DNA of 59,887 bases, counting the filler, from Diploschistes diacapsis (Eukaryota): assembly GCA_023645945.1 (NCBI GenBank). It is 5 parts of 5 records of this genome, joined end to end, with 100 filler letters (N's around TTAATTAATTAA, not from the genome) between each part and the next. Parts side by side here need not be neighbours in the genome. Positions count along the whole stretch, not along the records: positions 1 to 11,904 come from JALAIB010000785.1; 4 more parts are not named here. The stretch is one strand, 5' to 3'. The notes beneath the pieces are model-generated. The model saw only the letters and a program-made list of their open reading frames with translations. It made no database searches and was not told where the DNA came from. Shown here piece by piece: positions 1 to 11,498 of this stretch (positions within the stretch are counted from its first letter, which is position 1; the number at the start of each line of letters is the position of its first letter). Position numbers and translations under genes: made by a program.

Positions 1-171
1 GAAGGGGGAAGTACGCATTCGGTGTAATTGATGCCGCGGAGGTTGAGGTACCATATTATCTGACATGCAGTCAGCCTAGGCCTGGTCAAAGCACTGTGGG
101 GGTTCGCGCACTCTGCGGGCATAGGGGGAGAAGGGGTAGTGGTAGAGGACTATTTCGCGGTTTTCGACCAT
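1..171 (-). CDS. Glutathione S-transferase-like protein, N-terminal part (runs off window start)
   Basis: ATG at 171 gives MVENREIVLYHYPFSPYARR. A GTGCGC...GCTGAC...CAG intron (~111-60) follows, then IIWYLNLRGINYTECVLPP. LYHYPFSPYARR..L.L.GI.Y is a typical GST-N thioredoxin-fold start. Confidence 0.75.
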
Positions 172-658
172 TTTGGATGCGGAGCTTGTTCCTTTCGATA
201 TTTTGTTTGTCTCACCAGGGAAAGTAGAAACAGCAATAACGGAGAGAGATAGTACAAGGAGATGGAATGCTGGTAGCTTCAAACCACTACCTATACTATT
301 CTATACGTACGTATGTGAAGCCCGCAATGACGCATCCCGGCATCTCCGCCTATTTGGCAATCTTTAGGGCCGAGGCTCGAATACTGCTACTGATGCCTTA
401 CCTGGAAATGCGACTCCTATTCCTTAGAGGTTCAGGTGATGTGCAACACACTATGGGAACTGAGCAAACCCCTTTGTTTTGGGGGACGAAGAAAAGAGGC
501 AAAGCCAGGCGTTTTAGATGCATTCACACCGTTGCAAGTTTCCACTGCAGCTGGCGAGTTGCCGCATTTGATGCGTCTTCATCGAGTGCCCTCGCATCAT
601 TAACGATGAGTTGCAGTCGGGTTGGTTGAAGCTCACTGCAGCTTCTTGCAGTGCAGCG

Positions 659-845
659 CAAGTGTGGAAGATTAGTATAACCGATTAATTGGGCGTTAAT
701 CGTTAATTGTTAATCAATTACGGTTAATGATAATTAATACAATATACAATTAACCGGCGATTAATTAGACCGATTACTTGTACAATATTTATGAAAAACC
801 TCGGCCCGATTAATCACCGATTAAGCGGTCTTTCGTTAAACTTTC
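659..845. mobile_element. Degenerate MITE-like element with CGATTA(A) subterminal repeats
   Basis: AT-rich island with CGATTA(A) copies at ~682, 758, 771, 807 and 818, plus an inverted TTAATCG at 696. Bases 659-688 match the reverse complement of 4973-5002 at 25 of 30 positions. The right end is poorly defined. Confidence 0.5.
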
Positions 846-1375
846 CGATCGTCGCTCCAGGCTCAAAGTCCCCCTTCTCGCGGCGCCGCGCGTCTCAAGC
901 CCCAGTACAGTGGAGGATGACGGGCCTTCTCGCATCCAAACCAATCATCATCCTCGCTGCTGACAAGCTTTTCTTACTGATCTTACATCGCACCCATCCA
1001 AGCTTCCGGAGCACTTTCGTTCTGCGGCCAAGATGATTCGCCTGCCTGGATTGCACCACTTGTCTCGAAATGACGGCCACACCATCCAAAACGCTTCTGA
1101 TTCAAATCCAGTTACACGAGCTCGAATGCGCCAAGCTCACTGGTCGAGCTTGTTCCAGGGCAGGGGCCTATTCCAACGCTGTTGGCCGATTCACACCCAA
1201 GGGCTTCGCTGTGTGCACCCGGCTTCCAGTTTGAGAGTTGGTTAATGGGGCAATGCTGTCCTTGTTCTTACTCCGAAAAGTGCCTCAATGGCGGATGCTG
1301 CAATAATAGAGGCTCTATGCCAAGCTGATTCTTGACTTCTCTCGCATTCGCGCTGCTTCGAACCCAAGCTTTACA

Positions 1376-3079
1376 ATGTACCCCGGCAAGGAAGACAACT
1401 ATGGATACGCGGCTGCAGATGCGAGTACTCACGCCCTCTTGAACAGTCCAGGGTTGGGTTCGCAAATTCCGGCGGAAGGGTATATTGATTCAAATGCCCG
1501 GCCTTCACAGCAAAAATGGATACCAAGGTTCATATTGAGTTGGACGGCGCCGTGGGCACGCCAGCCCTCATACACGGCCATGGCTGCAGAGGACGAGGAA
1601 ATTGACAAAGAAGCGGTCGAAGGGGACTTCGCGGACGACATGTCGGGAGATACATTGCTAGACAACACGACAAGGAAAAAGCGGAAACGGTCTCACGAAC
1701 TGTTGCACAGAGCCTATCGCTATGCTATCATGGTCTTTCCAAGTTTCCTCCATAGCTTCATGATGGAAATGGAGCGCTCCCGAGGAACACGGCGAGCAAC
1801 AGACTGGCTCGACGGCCTTCGAGGTGTGGCATCTCTGTTCGTCTTCTTCGATCATTACCTTGATGGTGTCCATGATGGATTCGAGAACTTTGGCTACGGG
1901 CAAGGGCAGAACAACGGCTTCTTCCAGCTACCGTTCGTCAAACTAATCTATGCCGGCTCGTTCATGGTGGCCATCTTCTTCATCGTCTCGGGCTATGTCC
2001 TGTCCCATAGGTGCATCGTACAGATGCGTTCAAACAAGCACGACAAGATCTACACGACGTTGACCTCGATGACGTTCAGGCGCGGCATGCGTCTCTTCTT
2101 ACCAAGCGTCATTGTCAGCTACCTGACCTACCTCACCGTTCTGCTAGGCCTCATCAAGTCCCAGATCCCCCAGCAAGATTGGACGGTATGGCGCGAGACC
2201 AAGAACTACGTCCGTTATCTCGACGAGGACCTCTTCAAGCTTTGGACATGGCAGATCAGCTACAGGGGCTTCTATTCGCGCCAGCTATGGACCATTCCTC
2301 TCGAGTTCAAATGTTCTCTCGCCTTGTTCGTTGTCATCTTAATGCTTGCCAGATGCCGAGCGTCCATCCGAATTGCCATCGAAAGCCTGTTCATCACATA
2401 CCTCTTCTACGACAAGCGCTGGGACGTCGCCCTCTTCATCAGCGGCATGCTCCTCGCCGAGCTCAACATCATGCACGGCGAGCGCCAGCAAAGACAGCAG
2501 GACCTTTCGGAGAACCTGGACGGGGGGCCGCTCGAAATACCATCCAAGCCAAGATGGTATACGAAGCTTACCAAGCCTTGTCTTTGTTTAACGCTTCTCA
2601 CCGGCTGTTTCATTGGCGGCTACCCGCACGGCGACGCCCCGCACACGCCGGGATACAGCTGGCTGGCGCTGCTCTGGTTCGACCGGGACTGGGAGTGGAA
2701 ATGGCGCTTCTGGCTGTCCGTCGCCGCCATCCTCGTCGTCCTTCCTCTGTCGTTCCTGCCGACGGCCCAGCGCCTCTTCACCACCCGGATCGCGCGGTAC
2801 CTGGGCAAGATCTCCTACGGCTTGTACCTCGTGCACGACCTCCTCGACAGGACGCTCAGGACCTTTTTGTGGCAGACCTTCTGGAAGGTGCTGCATTTCA
2901 AGGGGGAGGCGAATGGGAATGGGGAGGAGCTGGCTTATGACGGGGGCTGGATCATTGGCACGATTATTTACATGCCGCTGGCGTTCTGGGCGGCGGATCT
3001 GTTTACGAGATTGGTGGATGGGCCGACGGTGAGGTTTGCCAGATGGGTGGAGGGGCGGTGCTTTGCGAAGATGGGTTGA
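1376..3079 (+). CDS. Acyltransferase-3 (OafA-like) integral membrane O-acyltransferase
   Basis: Intronless 567-aa ORF with WLDGLRGVASLFVFFDH, MVAIFFIVSGYVL, LWTIPLEF and YLGKISYGLYLVH motifs and many hydrophobic segments. The true start may be a downstream Met. Confidence 0.9.
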   Translation: MYPGKEDNYGYAAADASTHALLNSPGLGSQIPAEGYIDSNARPSQQKWIPRFILSWTAPWARQPSYTAMAAEDEEIDKEAVEGDFADDMSGDTLLDNTTRKKRKRSHELLHRAYRYAIMVFPSFLHSFMMEMERSRGTRRATDWLDGLRGVASLFVFFDHYLDGVHDGFENFGYGQGQNNGFFQLPFVKLIYAGSFMVAIFFIVSGYVLSHRCIVQMRSNKHDKIYTTLTSMTFRRGMRLFLPSVIVSYLTYLTVLLGLIKSQIPQQDWTVWRETKNYVRYLDEDLFKLWTWQISYRGFYSRQLWTIPLEFKCSLALFVVILMLARCRASIRIAIESLFITYLFYDKRWDVALFISGMLLAELNIMHGERQQRQQDLSENLDGGPLEIPSKPRWYTKLTKPCLCLTLLTGCFIGGYPHGDAPHTPGYSWLALLWFDRDWEWKWRFWLSVAAILVVLPLSFLPTAQRLFTTRIARYLGKISYGLYLVHDLLDRTLRTFLWQTFWKVLHFKGEANGNGEELAYDGGWIIGTIIYMPLAFWAADLFTRLVDGPTVRFARWVEGRCFAKMG

Positions 3080-3978
3080 GCTGGGCGTGGTTTTTGGGGG
3101 GGGGAGGGTGGTCATTACTTCTGTTGTCCTGAGATGTTTTACAAGCGAGTTTTTGCATTGGTAGCGGCGTCGTCATTGCATTTCCTGGCGCGCCAAACGA
3201 GTATAGATGGATCCATATCGTACATTGAATAAGACATTGCCTCCTGCGAGGTGCTCAATATCTACTACGGCGAGAACCCTACCTATATCCGCTTCTCCAC
3301 ACCGTCTTTACCTCCTTCCTTCACGCCCGCTAGCAACCCCCCCTGAACCCGTCCCTTTTACTTTCCTTCCACATCCAGAACCTCAAGTAAGAAAACAGGG
3401 GTTCACACCCTTTGCCGCAAAGCTTACACCTCAGCACCCGCCGCCCCACCTCCAATACACCAAAATTCCCCATTCTCTCCAGACCCGCAACCACCCCCCT
3501 CCTTCCTACACCCCGGACACAGCTTGTTCAACGGCTGAACCGGAATAGACTTGAGGGTTAGAGCGGGGGCGTTGGGAGAGTGGAGGGTTTTGGAGGGTTT
3601 GGGTCGAGGATGTATGGGAGATACATAGAGGGACGGGATGGGATGGGATAGGGCTGGTAGGCATGGGATATTTCTGGAGCCGGTGGAGCGCTATGGCCTG
3701 TTTGTATAGGAATAGGGATAGGGATGTGGTGGCACGTCTTTCGTTGTTGTTGTTGTTGTTGTATGCAGCGGTGGTACTAGGGTACACTGCATGTAATTCG
3801 AGCGGCAAGCAATATCGTTGAATTCCTCCCCCCGTGTGTATCATGGCATTGTTGGGGATATGTACAGCCGAAATCCCATCCACAGCTGGCTACTACTTGC
3901 GAAGCCCTCAGCAAAAACGGGTGTGTGGATGCAAGCAGCAGACCGCGCTCCCCCACCGCGGCCACCAGCCAGGCTGCT

Positions 3979-4665
3979 TCAAACGAAGGCAACGTTCCCA
4001 AAAAACGGCGTCATGTGGAAATTCGACTCGTTCGTCGGGCTCCACGCGCCGAGCCCCTGCGCGGGGAACGTCGCGGGTGCAACCACGGTGCGGAAGAAAT
4101 TCATGCGCCACCGCGTGCCCTTGGCCGCGCCATCATCCACATCGAACAGACCCAGCGGAATGCGCACCGCTGAGCTCCACAGCTTGGCCGCTTTGTCCAG
4201 TGTCGTGGCGGCGGTCAGGCCGTCGGCCAGCGGCTCCGTGATGAAGAACGTGTCGAAGGGTGCGCCGGGCGCGCGGATCTTGGAGGGGTTGTAGATGAAG
4301 GCCTGGAAGGTGACGTTGTTGGGCGCGACTTCGAACTCGAGGTAGGTCTGCGGGTCGTTGGTGCCGTGGTAGATGAAGGCTTCCATGACTTCGTACTGCC
4401 AGATCGGGTCGTTGGTTGTGTAGGAGGCGTTGTACAAGAAGTTGGTTTCGTTGTGCGCCGTCAGGTTGAGGTGGATGGAGGTGGCGTCGTAGCAGAGGGC
4501 GACGCTGGTGTGGGGGAAGGAGGTCCGGTTGGGGTCGGAGTGGGAGTATTGGATGGTGCTTGTGCCTGGGCAGGAGGGGACACGGAGGGAAGGGTTGCTG
4601 GCTAGCGTCGGGAGGGCGGCGGCGAGGGCGACGAGCAGGGAGCGTAGGGGCATGTTGATGGGCAT
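3979..4665 (-). CDS. Secreted CBM9-like (DOMON-like) carbohydrate-binding domain protein
   Basis: Signal peptide (MPLRSLLVALAAALPTLA). Motifs IWQYEVMEAFI, YLEFEVAPNN, WSSAVRIP, WRMNFFR and WSPT....FH resemble CBM9-like domains. Intronless, strongly GC3-biased. Confidence 0.75.
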   Translation of the reverse strand: MPINMPLRSLLVALAAALPTLASNPSLRVPSCPGTSTIQYSHSDPNRTSFPHTSVALCYDATSIHLNLTAHNETNFLYNASYTTNDPIWQYEVMEAFIYHGTNDPQTYLEFEVAPNNVTFQAFIYNPSKIRAPGAPFDTFFITEPLADGLTAATTLDKAAKLWSSAVRIPLGLFDVDDGAAKGTRWRMNFFRTVVAPATFPAQGLGAWSPTNESNFHMTPFFGNVAFV

Positions 4666-4951
4666 AGCAGTGGAACGATAAGTAGAATGGTAGTGGATCG
4701 GGAATTCACATTGGGTGGTGAAGAAATCAAGGGATTCAAGTTCGTATCATGACGGATACCTACTAGTTCCCTCTTCTGGGAGGTGCCTCCGGGTTTGCGA
4801 CAGGGAAGGCCGAGTTGCGAGAGCCCTTGCACAAGGGAGCACGACTGGTGTTCCACGAGTTGCGAGTAGGATGCGGTCGATGGTTTAGTGATTCCTTTCC
4901 CTGAAACGGGCCGCTCTTCTTCGCAAGCGATGGATATTCCTGGATACTGGC

Positions 4952-5002
4952 CATGTTTGGATAGATTAACGGTTAATCGATTATATTAATCGTCCAAACA
5001 TG
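4952..5002. mobile_element. 51-bp mini inverted-repeat element (internally deleted MITE)
   Basis: Perfect 10-bp terminal inverted repeat CATGTTTGGA (4952-4961) / TCCAAACATG (4993-5002), extending imperfectly with GATTAA/TTAATC. No target-site duplication seen. Confidence 0.55.
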
Positions 5003-5151
5003 CTCGTGCAGTAGGAACCACGTTTGTTTCACGGCGCGCCGGTACGTGTAAATTATTATCGTGCAATTCCTTGCCGGACAAGGACCTCCGGAAACATCAT
5101 CAATCCCGCATCTTAATTGCAGTATGCGATCACTGGCATGCAAAGAGTAGC

Positions 5152-7260
5152 ATGTCCTCACAGGGTGCCTTCACCTTCGCCTCCTCACCAGCCTCCATCC
5201 TTGATGGCTCCACCACGCGCCGATGCAAATCACGCTTCACTTTCAAGCAGCTCTCCTTGCTGGCTGCATCTTCCACTGCGTGCCCGCTGCGTGTCATAGC
5301 GCATGTTGATCTTGATGCTTTCTATGCGCAATGTGAGACTGTTCGGCTGGGTCTGCCTGAAGACCAGCCGCTTGCTGTGCAGGTAGGTCACGATCCCTCT
5401 CCTTCCGAAGGGAAGGACACAGTCTATCTTGACGTATAATGGCTAATGTAGCTCTCGTTCATTCAGCAATGGGGCGGCCTCATCGCGATTAATTACCCCT
5501 CCCGCGCCCACGGCGTTACCCGCTTCATGGACATGGGCCAGGCAAAGAAGCTCTGCCCCAACATCATGTTCCAGCACGTCGCAACGTGGCGCGAGGGTGA
5601 AGACAAATGGGCCTATCGCGACGACCCTGCGACACATATAGCGACACAGAAGGTCTCCCTTGACCCATATCGTGCCGAATCTCGAAAGATCCTTGCCTGC
5701 ATAAAGGCGCACTTACCGGCAGCACCCGTGCAGCGGGTGGAGAAGGCAAGCGTGGACGAGGTATTTCTGGATCTGTCAGCGCAGATACATGGCATATTAC
5801 TCGACCGATATCCCGAAGAGCTGGCGCGTCCGCCGCCGTACGACGACCCAACCGAAAACCTCCCGTCGCCGCCCACCACGGTATTGGATTGGAAGGCAGA
5901 TGCGCTGGTTGATTTGGACGTTGGGGAGACAGAGTTGGACGACCCAGACTGGGACGACATCACTATGCTCATTGGCTCGGAAATTGTGCGTTCTATTCGT
6001 GCAGCCGTTAGGGAAGAACTCAGGTACACATGCTCTGCAGGCGTGGCACGAAACAAGATGCTCGCAAAGCTTGGCTCCGGTGCGCACAAACCCAACCAGC
6101 AGACAGTCGTGCGAAACAGGGCAGCACAGCAGTTTCTCGACGGATTCAAGTTTACCAAAATCAGGAACTTGGGCGGCAAGCTGGGGGAGCAGGTCGTGGC
6201 CGCTTTTGGTACAGACACGGTGCGGGAGCTACTAAAGGTACCGCTTGACACCATGAAGAACAAGCTCGACGATGACGCCGGAGCGTGGATCTACAAGATC
6301 ATCAGAGGGGATGACTTGAGCGAGGTAACGCAGCGAACAGAGATTAAGAGCATGTTATCGGCGAAGTCATTCCGGCCGTGCATAAACACCGAAGATCAGG
6401 CGGTTAAATGGCTTAGGATCTTTGTGGCCGACATATTCAACAGACTCATAGATATTGGCCTACTTGAGAACAAGCGACGGCCCAGGACAATCAACCTACA
6501 CCATCGCCAGGGTGGGGTGACGAGGTCTCGCCAATTGCCGATAGCTACGGGTAGAAAGCTCGACGAAAATGTGCTCTTTGAGCTTTCAAGAACATTACTT
6601 GACCAGGTCATCGTTGATGGAAGAGCGTGGCCTTGTGCGAATTTGTCACTCAGTGTTGGTGGTTTTGATGAAGGAATGGCGGGGAATAGGACTCTCGGAG
6701 GTTTTGTGCTCAAGGGCGAAGCAGCCAAAGCCATGAATGAGTCCATGCCAAGGCCAGAGTCCCATCCGCGAAATGACGATTCTCACCTGAACAAACGGCG
6801 CCGTACTGACGAAGGCGGAATACAGAAGTTTTTCACCAGACATGACTCCAGCAGAGAAGAGCATGACGAGGATTTTGGCGTCGAGCGGATGCCTGCACCG
6901 GATACCCGGCCAAGCTCAGCTACAGTCCAAGAAACTATTAGAAGACCTGCTTCCGGAAATTTTGACCGCCTTGGCGCAGACACGCCTGATGTTGGAATCG
7001 TCACCACTCCTGAAGATATAACAGAAAATTATGTCTGCGCTAAGTGCCAAGCTTCAGTCCCCGTTGACGAGCAAGGCGAGCATGAAGATTGGCACTTCGC
7101 CAAGGATCTACAGGCAGAGGAAAGGGAACCAAGGTCAAATAGCACCGAGAATAATGCAACGGTCAAGAAGCCCAAAGCGGTAAAACCGCAAAAGGGACCC
7201 AGGAAGCCCGGTGGCGGAGGGGACGAGAGGGGCCAGAGGAAGCTAGTCTGGGGGAAATAG
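5152..7260 (+). CDS. RAD30: DNA polymerase eta (Y-family translesion polymerase)
   Basis: Exon 1 (5152-5382) has IAHVDLDAFYAQCE. A GT-AG intron at 5383-5466 restores AVQQWGGLIAINY. Also SLDPYR, ASVDEVF, TCSAGVARNKMLAKL, LGGKLG, and a C-terminal UBZ finger (CAKC...EHEDWHFAKDLQ). Confidence 0.95.
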
Positions 7261-7944
7261 GTAGATGGTGTAGATATTGGCCTCGGGCAAGCAAGGTAGG
7301 CCGACAATATCCTGGACACGATGATGACGATGTCTGGTCTGTGATTGATATGCGGGCTTGGGAGTCCGTGGAGTCATTGAGAGCAACGCGGAGGACTGAA
7401 TATTCATAATCAAACCTGTTCAAAGGCATAATGAAGGCCAGATCTCTTAAATGATAATTACATAGGTGAACCTAATGGTAAGCAGCACTGCGAGAGCTCA
7501 CATCAAGAGTAAAACGCTGCTTTTAAAAACTGCTCATTAATACACTGCAGTTAGCGGAGCTCCTGCTTCATCTTCTATTTTGTATTTGGAATTGCCGCCA
7601 TAATCGCCAACGATAGTCTCTCTCAACAAAGTTCATTCGTCGACCTCTTTCAAAGCGCACTTATGATTCACTACACCGAGAATGAATGTAGCTCAGTGAT
7701 GGATACTTGGGCATGGCGCCCAGTTTCGAGTCGAGGTCGACCAGTTGCCTATTATGGCATGTATAACCTCTCTTCACGTCCTTTCTAGATCCATAAGCTG
7801 ATGCTGAAGTTTCAGCAGTACCTTGCCTCTCGAAGTGTATATAAAAGCCGTGAATATACCTCATCAGCTCTTCGATACTCTCCGAGATTCATCCATCTAT
7901 CTACCATCTCTCTTTGTACGAGTGACAAGCAGACTTCAGTCAAA

Positions 7945-8752
7945 ATGTCTTTTGAACGTACCCAATCTACTGTCGAGGCCCCTTACGCCGTTCACACCAC
8001 CTCCGTTGACGGTGTCAATCTCTTGTACCGAGAGCCCGGAGATCCAAAGGCCCGCACTATACTCCTTCTCCAAAGGTTCCCGTCTTCCTCCCACCGGTTT
8101 CGACACCTCATCCCCCTCCTGACCCTCACTTTCACGTTATTTGCTCCCGACCCCGGTTTCGGCTTCACCAACGTGCCCTCCTCCACCAACTACTCCTACA
8201 GCTTCGCAAACTTCACCCACACCATCCACGCTTTCTTCTAGAAACTCGCCATAGAAGGGTACATGGTCTACATCTTCGACTACGGCGCCCCCATCGCCTT
8301 CCGCCTCGCCCTCTCAAACTCCAAGGCCATCAAAGCAATCATATCCCCAAACGGCAACGCCTACACCGCAGGCTTCGGCCCGAGCTTTTCCACACTGAAG
8401 AACTACTGCACCGACCAACACGAGCACAGCCGACGAAGCCGCCGCACGCGCTTTCCTCACCTTCGATGTGCCCAGGCAATGCGGATATCCAGCTGGTGCT
8501 GTTCAGGTACTGCGAGACGAACGAGGAGATGCATCCGGCGTGGCAGGAATACCTGAGGTGGGAGCAGCCGCCGTTGCTGGCTGTTTGGGGGAAGGGGGTC
8601 TACTTTTCGTGAAGGAGGGTGCGGGGGCGTTCAAGAATTGATGTGCCAGATGCGGAGGTGGTGCTTTTGGATGGAGGGCATTTTTTGTTGCAGACGGCGG
8701 TCCGCGAGCTGGGACAGCTGATGTTGGAGTTTTTGGGGAGGAAGGGGCTTTC
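7945..8752 (+). pseudogene. Alpha/beta-hydrolase (epoxide hydrolase/dehalogenase-like, DYG nucleophile) pseudogene
   Basis: LLLQRFPSSSHRFRHLIPLL (degenerate HGFP), in-frame TAG at 8239-8241, then YIFDYGAPIAFRLA and NGNAY. Frameshifted blocks WQEYLRWEQPPLLAVWGKG and DAEVVLLDGGHFLL follow. Confidence 0.85.
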
Positions 8753-9518
8753 AGGTGCGATAGTGCCGTTCGAAGTTCTCACCAGAGCCTGTAGATTTTT
8801 CAATGCATCTGTATTCTTTGCGAGGTGCTGTCGACCATCCTTATCTAGCGTAGTCTCTATGAGGAACTATTGTCCAGTATCCCATTTCTGGCTTTTTGCC
8901 CTGCTTCGAGTGGCTACGTTTAAGCCCTTGGATGATCATCATCATACAAGAGTCCTTTGAGACTATAGCTATCTTTTTTCTCGCAAGGAGATCGTTGTCT
9001 TGGCATATCAGCCGTACTTTCCCTCGGAGACCGACGGTGGCTGTGCAAACAACAACGTACGCAACCCACAAGAGACTTGACTAAAAGACCTAGTCTCGCA
9101 TTCGCATACGGAGCGAGTTCGCTGCTCTCATGCTTGCGTGAAGCTTGAGCCTCGCCGCTGTTCGCTACGGCAGCCACCAGAAGATGGCGCAAGTGCCTAA
9201 TGAGTCGCTTACCCTCACACTTTGCTTCCTACCCTTCAGCCATGGGTCCAAGAACGCGGACGCTAGGACTGGAGATTCACAGGTTTTCCGAAGCATGCAA
9301 AGGGCTCAAGGAACTTCAAACGAAAAGACCCTATGCGGGCTATGAGCTGGTTGCATTTACTCGCGATCAGATCGTGAATAGCGTAAGCTTATCTTCCAAA
9401 TGTATATATAGTATGCCTTGTAAGCAAGGCGCACTGCACCGTCGGGATTCTGGATGCTGTCTAATAAGAAGCCATTTCCATGGTAACGGGTTCCTCAAGC
9501 CCATTCACAGCAGCCAAA

Positions 9519-11195
9519 ATGGTTAATCGTGGAGGTCCATCAAAAGCATGCCAAGAATGCAGACGGAGGAAAATCCGTTGCCATCTACAGCGCCCTGAAT
9601 GCTCACAGTGCAGGAGAGCTGGAAAGAGCTGCCCAGGTTATCGAAACCTCGACAACATTATATTCCGCCACTACCGGTCCACTGAGGGCGATGACTCGTC
9701 GAGATCGGAAGCATCAGCGTCAGAACCATGCGCCAGCATATCAACCGCTCAACGAGAAGACCTGAGAACCCCTGGCGTGGGAAGCGGCGGGATTGTTGAC
9801 TTTCCGTCGGATGACCCCTCACAAGCAGCATCTTTTGCAACATGGCCGGGCTCATACGGCAGCGGTTCTGCAGGTAGACCTTCCCTGTCACCGTCCAGAG
9901 CCCTCGGTCCTCCGTCGTGGGAGCACCAAGCAATATCGTGTTTTATAGCTCAGTATACGTTCGGAACACCCTCGCCATCGTCGTTATTAGGCTGGTTCGA
10001 CTTCCTTCCAGATCAATTCATACAAAGTAGTGACAGCTCTCCACTCCGACCTACTGTGATTGCGATATCGTACGCAAGTCTGGCTGGCCAGTCTACGCTG
10101 CGGTGGTTAGGGACCGAAGCTCGTAAGCACTATGGGTGTGCCCTCTCCAAGATCAATGATGCCTTGAAGAGCGAGAAGACGGCGGTCGAAGACGATGTCT
10201 TGTGCTCGATCATTCTGGCCGGCTTCTACGAGAACATTGTCGGCGATAATCTCCACGTCCTAGGCTCTCATAGAACAGGCCTATCTCTGCTACTAAAGAT
10301 GCGTGGCCCAGCGCAACTCCAAACCATCCGCGGAAGAAGCCTGTTCCGTCACGCCTGCTCCATGTACCGCATTTTCAATTACAACACCGGCTCTCAACCC
10401 CTTTCCTTGATCCAAGACTACCGCCTCCAAAAAAACAACGAAGCCGGTGACTTCGAAAACCACTTTGTCTATGGCAATCTTGCCGAGCAAACCGACCGCA
10501 TCGCCGCGTACTGCGCCGACTTTAAAGCCTTTTACACCTCATCCCAGCAACTATCTCCCGAAGAACGGGTAGCCGGCCTAACCTCCTTCCTCGACCAAGC
10601 CGAAACTCAGCGCACCGAGCTCAACCTATGCATGGAGACTATAATGCACAAGAACTGGCGCGGCTTCCGGCACGACTTCATGCCCGGCATCACCACCCAC
10701 GAGACGCCCCAACAACCCCCCTACATCGTCACCTACGCCGACATGTCGCGCACGCCGACCGCTAACCTCTCAAGAACGTGCCTCATGTTCCTCGGCGAGA
10801 TCGCCTACCTCTGCCACTCCGGCCTCGAGGACCCGCTCGCGCCACTCTTCCCGGATCCCGCCCTCGCTTCTTCGCCCACCACCAAAGCCTGCATTGCCTC
10901 CGTGCGCGGCCTGATCGACGAGGTCAATGCCTCCATCCCCTTTATGGTGGACGACGTGGACGCTTCGGCGAACATCACGGCCGACCAGGCGCCCAAGAGC
11001 GGCATCAAGGCGTTTGTAAGCATCTGGAGCCTCTGGATCGTGAAGAGCTCGGCGTTGGCGGAGAGAGCGCAGGTGGCGTATGCGGAGCAGGGCTTGGCAA
11101 AGATAGCGGGCCTGTGGGGGATATGTCTTGCGGCGCACGTGGGGGGGTTGAAGCGGTATGATCGGTACGGGGTTGTGCATCGGGGGAAGTGGTAA
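9519..11195 (+). CDS. Zn(II)2Cys6 fungal transcription factor
   Basis: MVNRGGPSKACQECRRRKIRCHLQRPECSQCRRAGKSCPGY binuclear cluster, then a middle-homology-like region (ARKHYGCAL...H..GL..LLKMRG). The ORF track opens at 9480; 9519 is the more typical start. Confidence 0.93.
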   Translation: MVNRGGPSKACQECRRRKIRCHLQRPECSQCRRAGKSCPGYRNLDNIIFRHYRSTEGDDSSRSEASASEPCASISTAQREDLRTPGVGSGGIVDFPSDDPSQAASFATWPGSYGSGSAGRPSLSPSRALGPPSWEHQAISCFIAQYTFGTPSPSSLLGWFDFLPDQFIQSSDSSPLRPTVIAISYASLAGQSTLRWLGTEARKHYGCALSKINDALKSEKTAVEDDVLCSIILAGFYENIVGDNLHVLGSHRTGLSLLLKMRGPAQLQTIRGRSLFRHACSMYRIFNYNTGSQPLSLIQDYRLQKNNEAGDFENHFVYGNLAEQTDRIAAYCADFKAFYTSSQQLSPEERVAGLTSFLDQAETQRTELNLCMETIMHKNWRGFRHDFMPGITTHETPQQPPYIVTYADMSRTPTANLSRTCLMFLGEIAYLCHSGLEDPLAPLFPDPALASSPTTKACIASVRGLIDEVNASIPFMVDDVDASANITADQAPKSGIKAFVSIWSLWIVKSSALAERAQVAYAEQGLAKIAGLWGICLAAHVGGLKRYDRYGVVHRGKW

Positions 11196-11471
11196 GTAGA
11201 AGGCGGGGGTTGGTAAGAGGGAGGTTGCAGGGAGCGGCCACAGAAGCGAGGGAGAGGAGCAGGAGGGCAGGTTCCCTGTGAAATGGATGTTGGGTTTGCT
11301 TCTATTTTATGTATTTGATGATGATGATGTATACATACGCTATGCCCTTTGTCTTTCACCCTTCGGCAGCATCTGCTGCTCGTTGATGCCCTTGCGTCCC
11401 TCCTCCAGCATAGCACTTGTTTTATACTACATACACGCTCCAAGCCATCCAATCCTCGCCCTATCCTTTCT

Positions 11472-11498
11472 TTCTCTCTCTCTCTCTCTCTCTCTCTT
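11472..11498. repeat. (CT)n microsatellite
   Basis: Direct reading of the sequence. Confidence 0.9.

Noticed and set aside
659..845. CRISPR-like array
   Set aside because: The motifs are only 6-8 bp, irregularly spaced and in both orientations, in a eukaryotic context.
5152..7260. Eso1-type fusion of pol eta with an Eco1 acetyltransferase
   Set aside because: The ORF ends shortly after the UBZ finger and no acetyltransferase domain follows.
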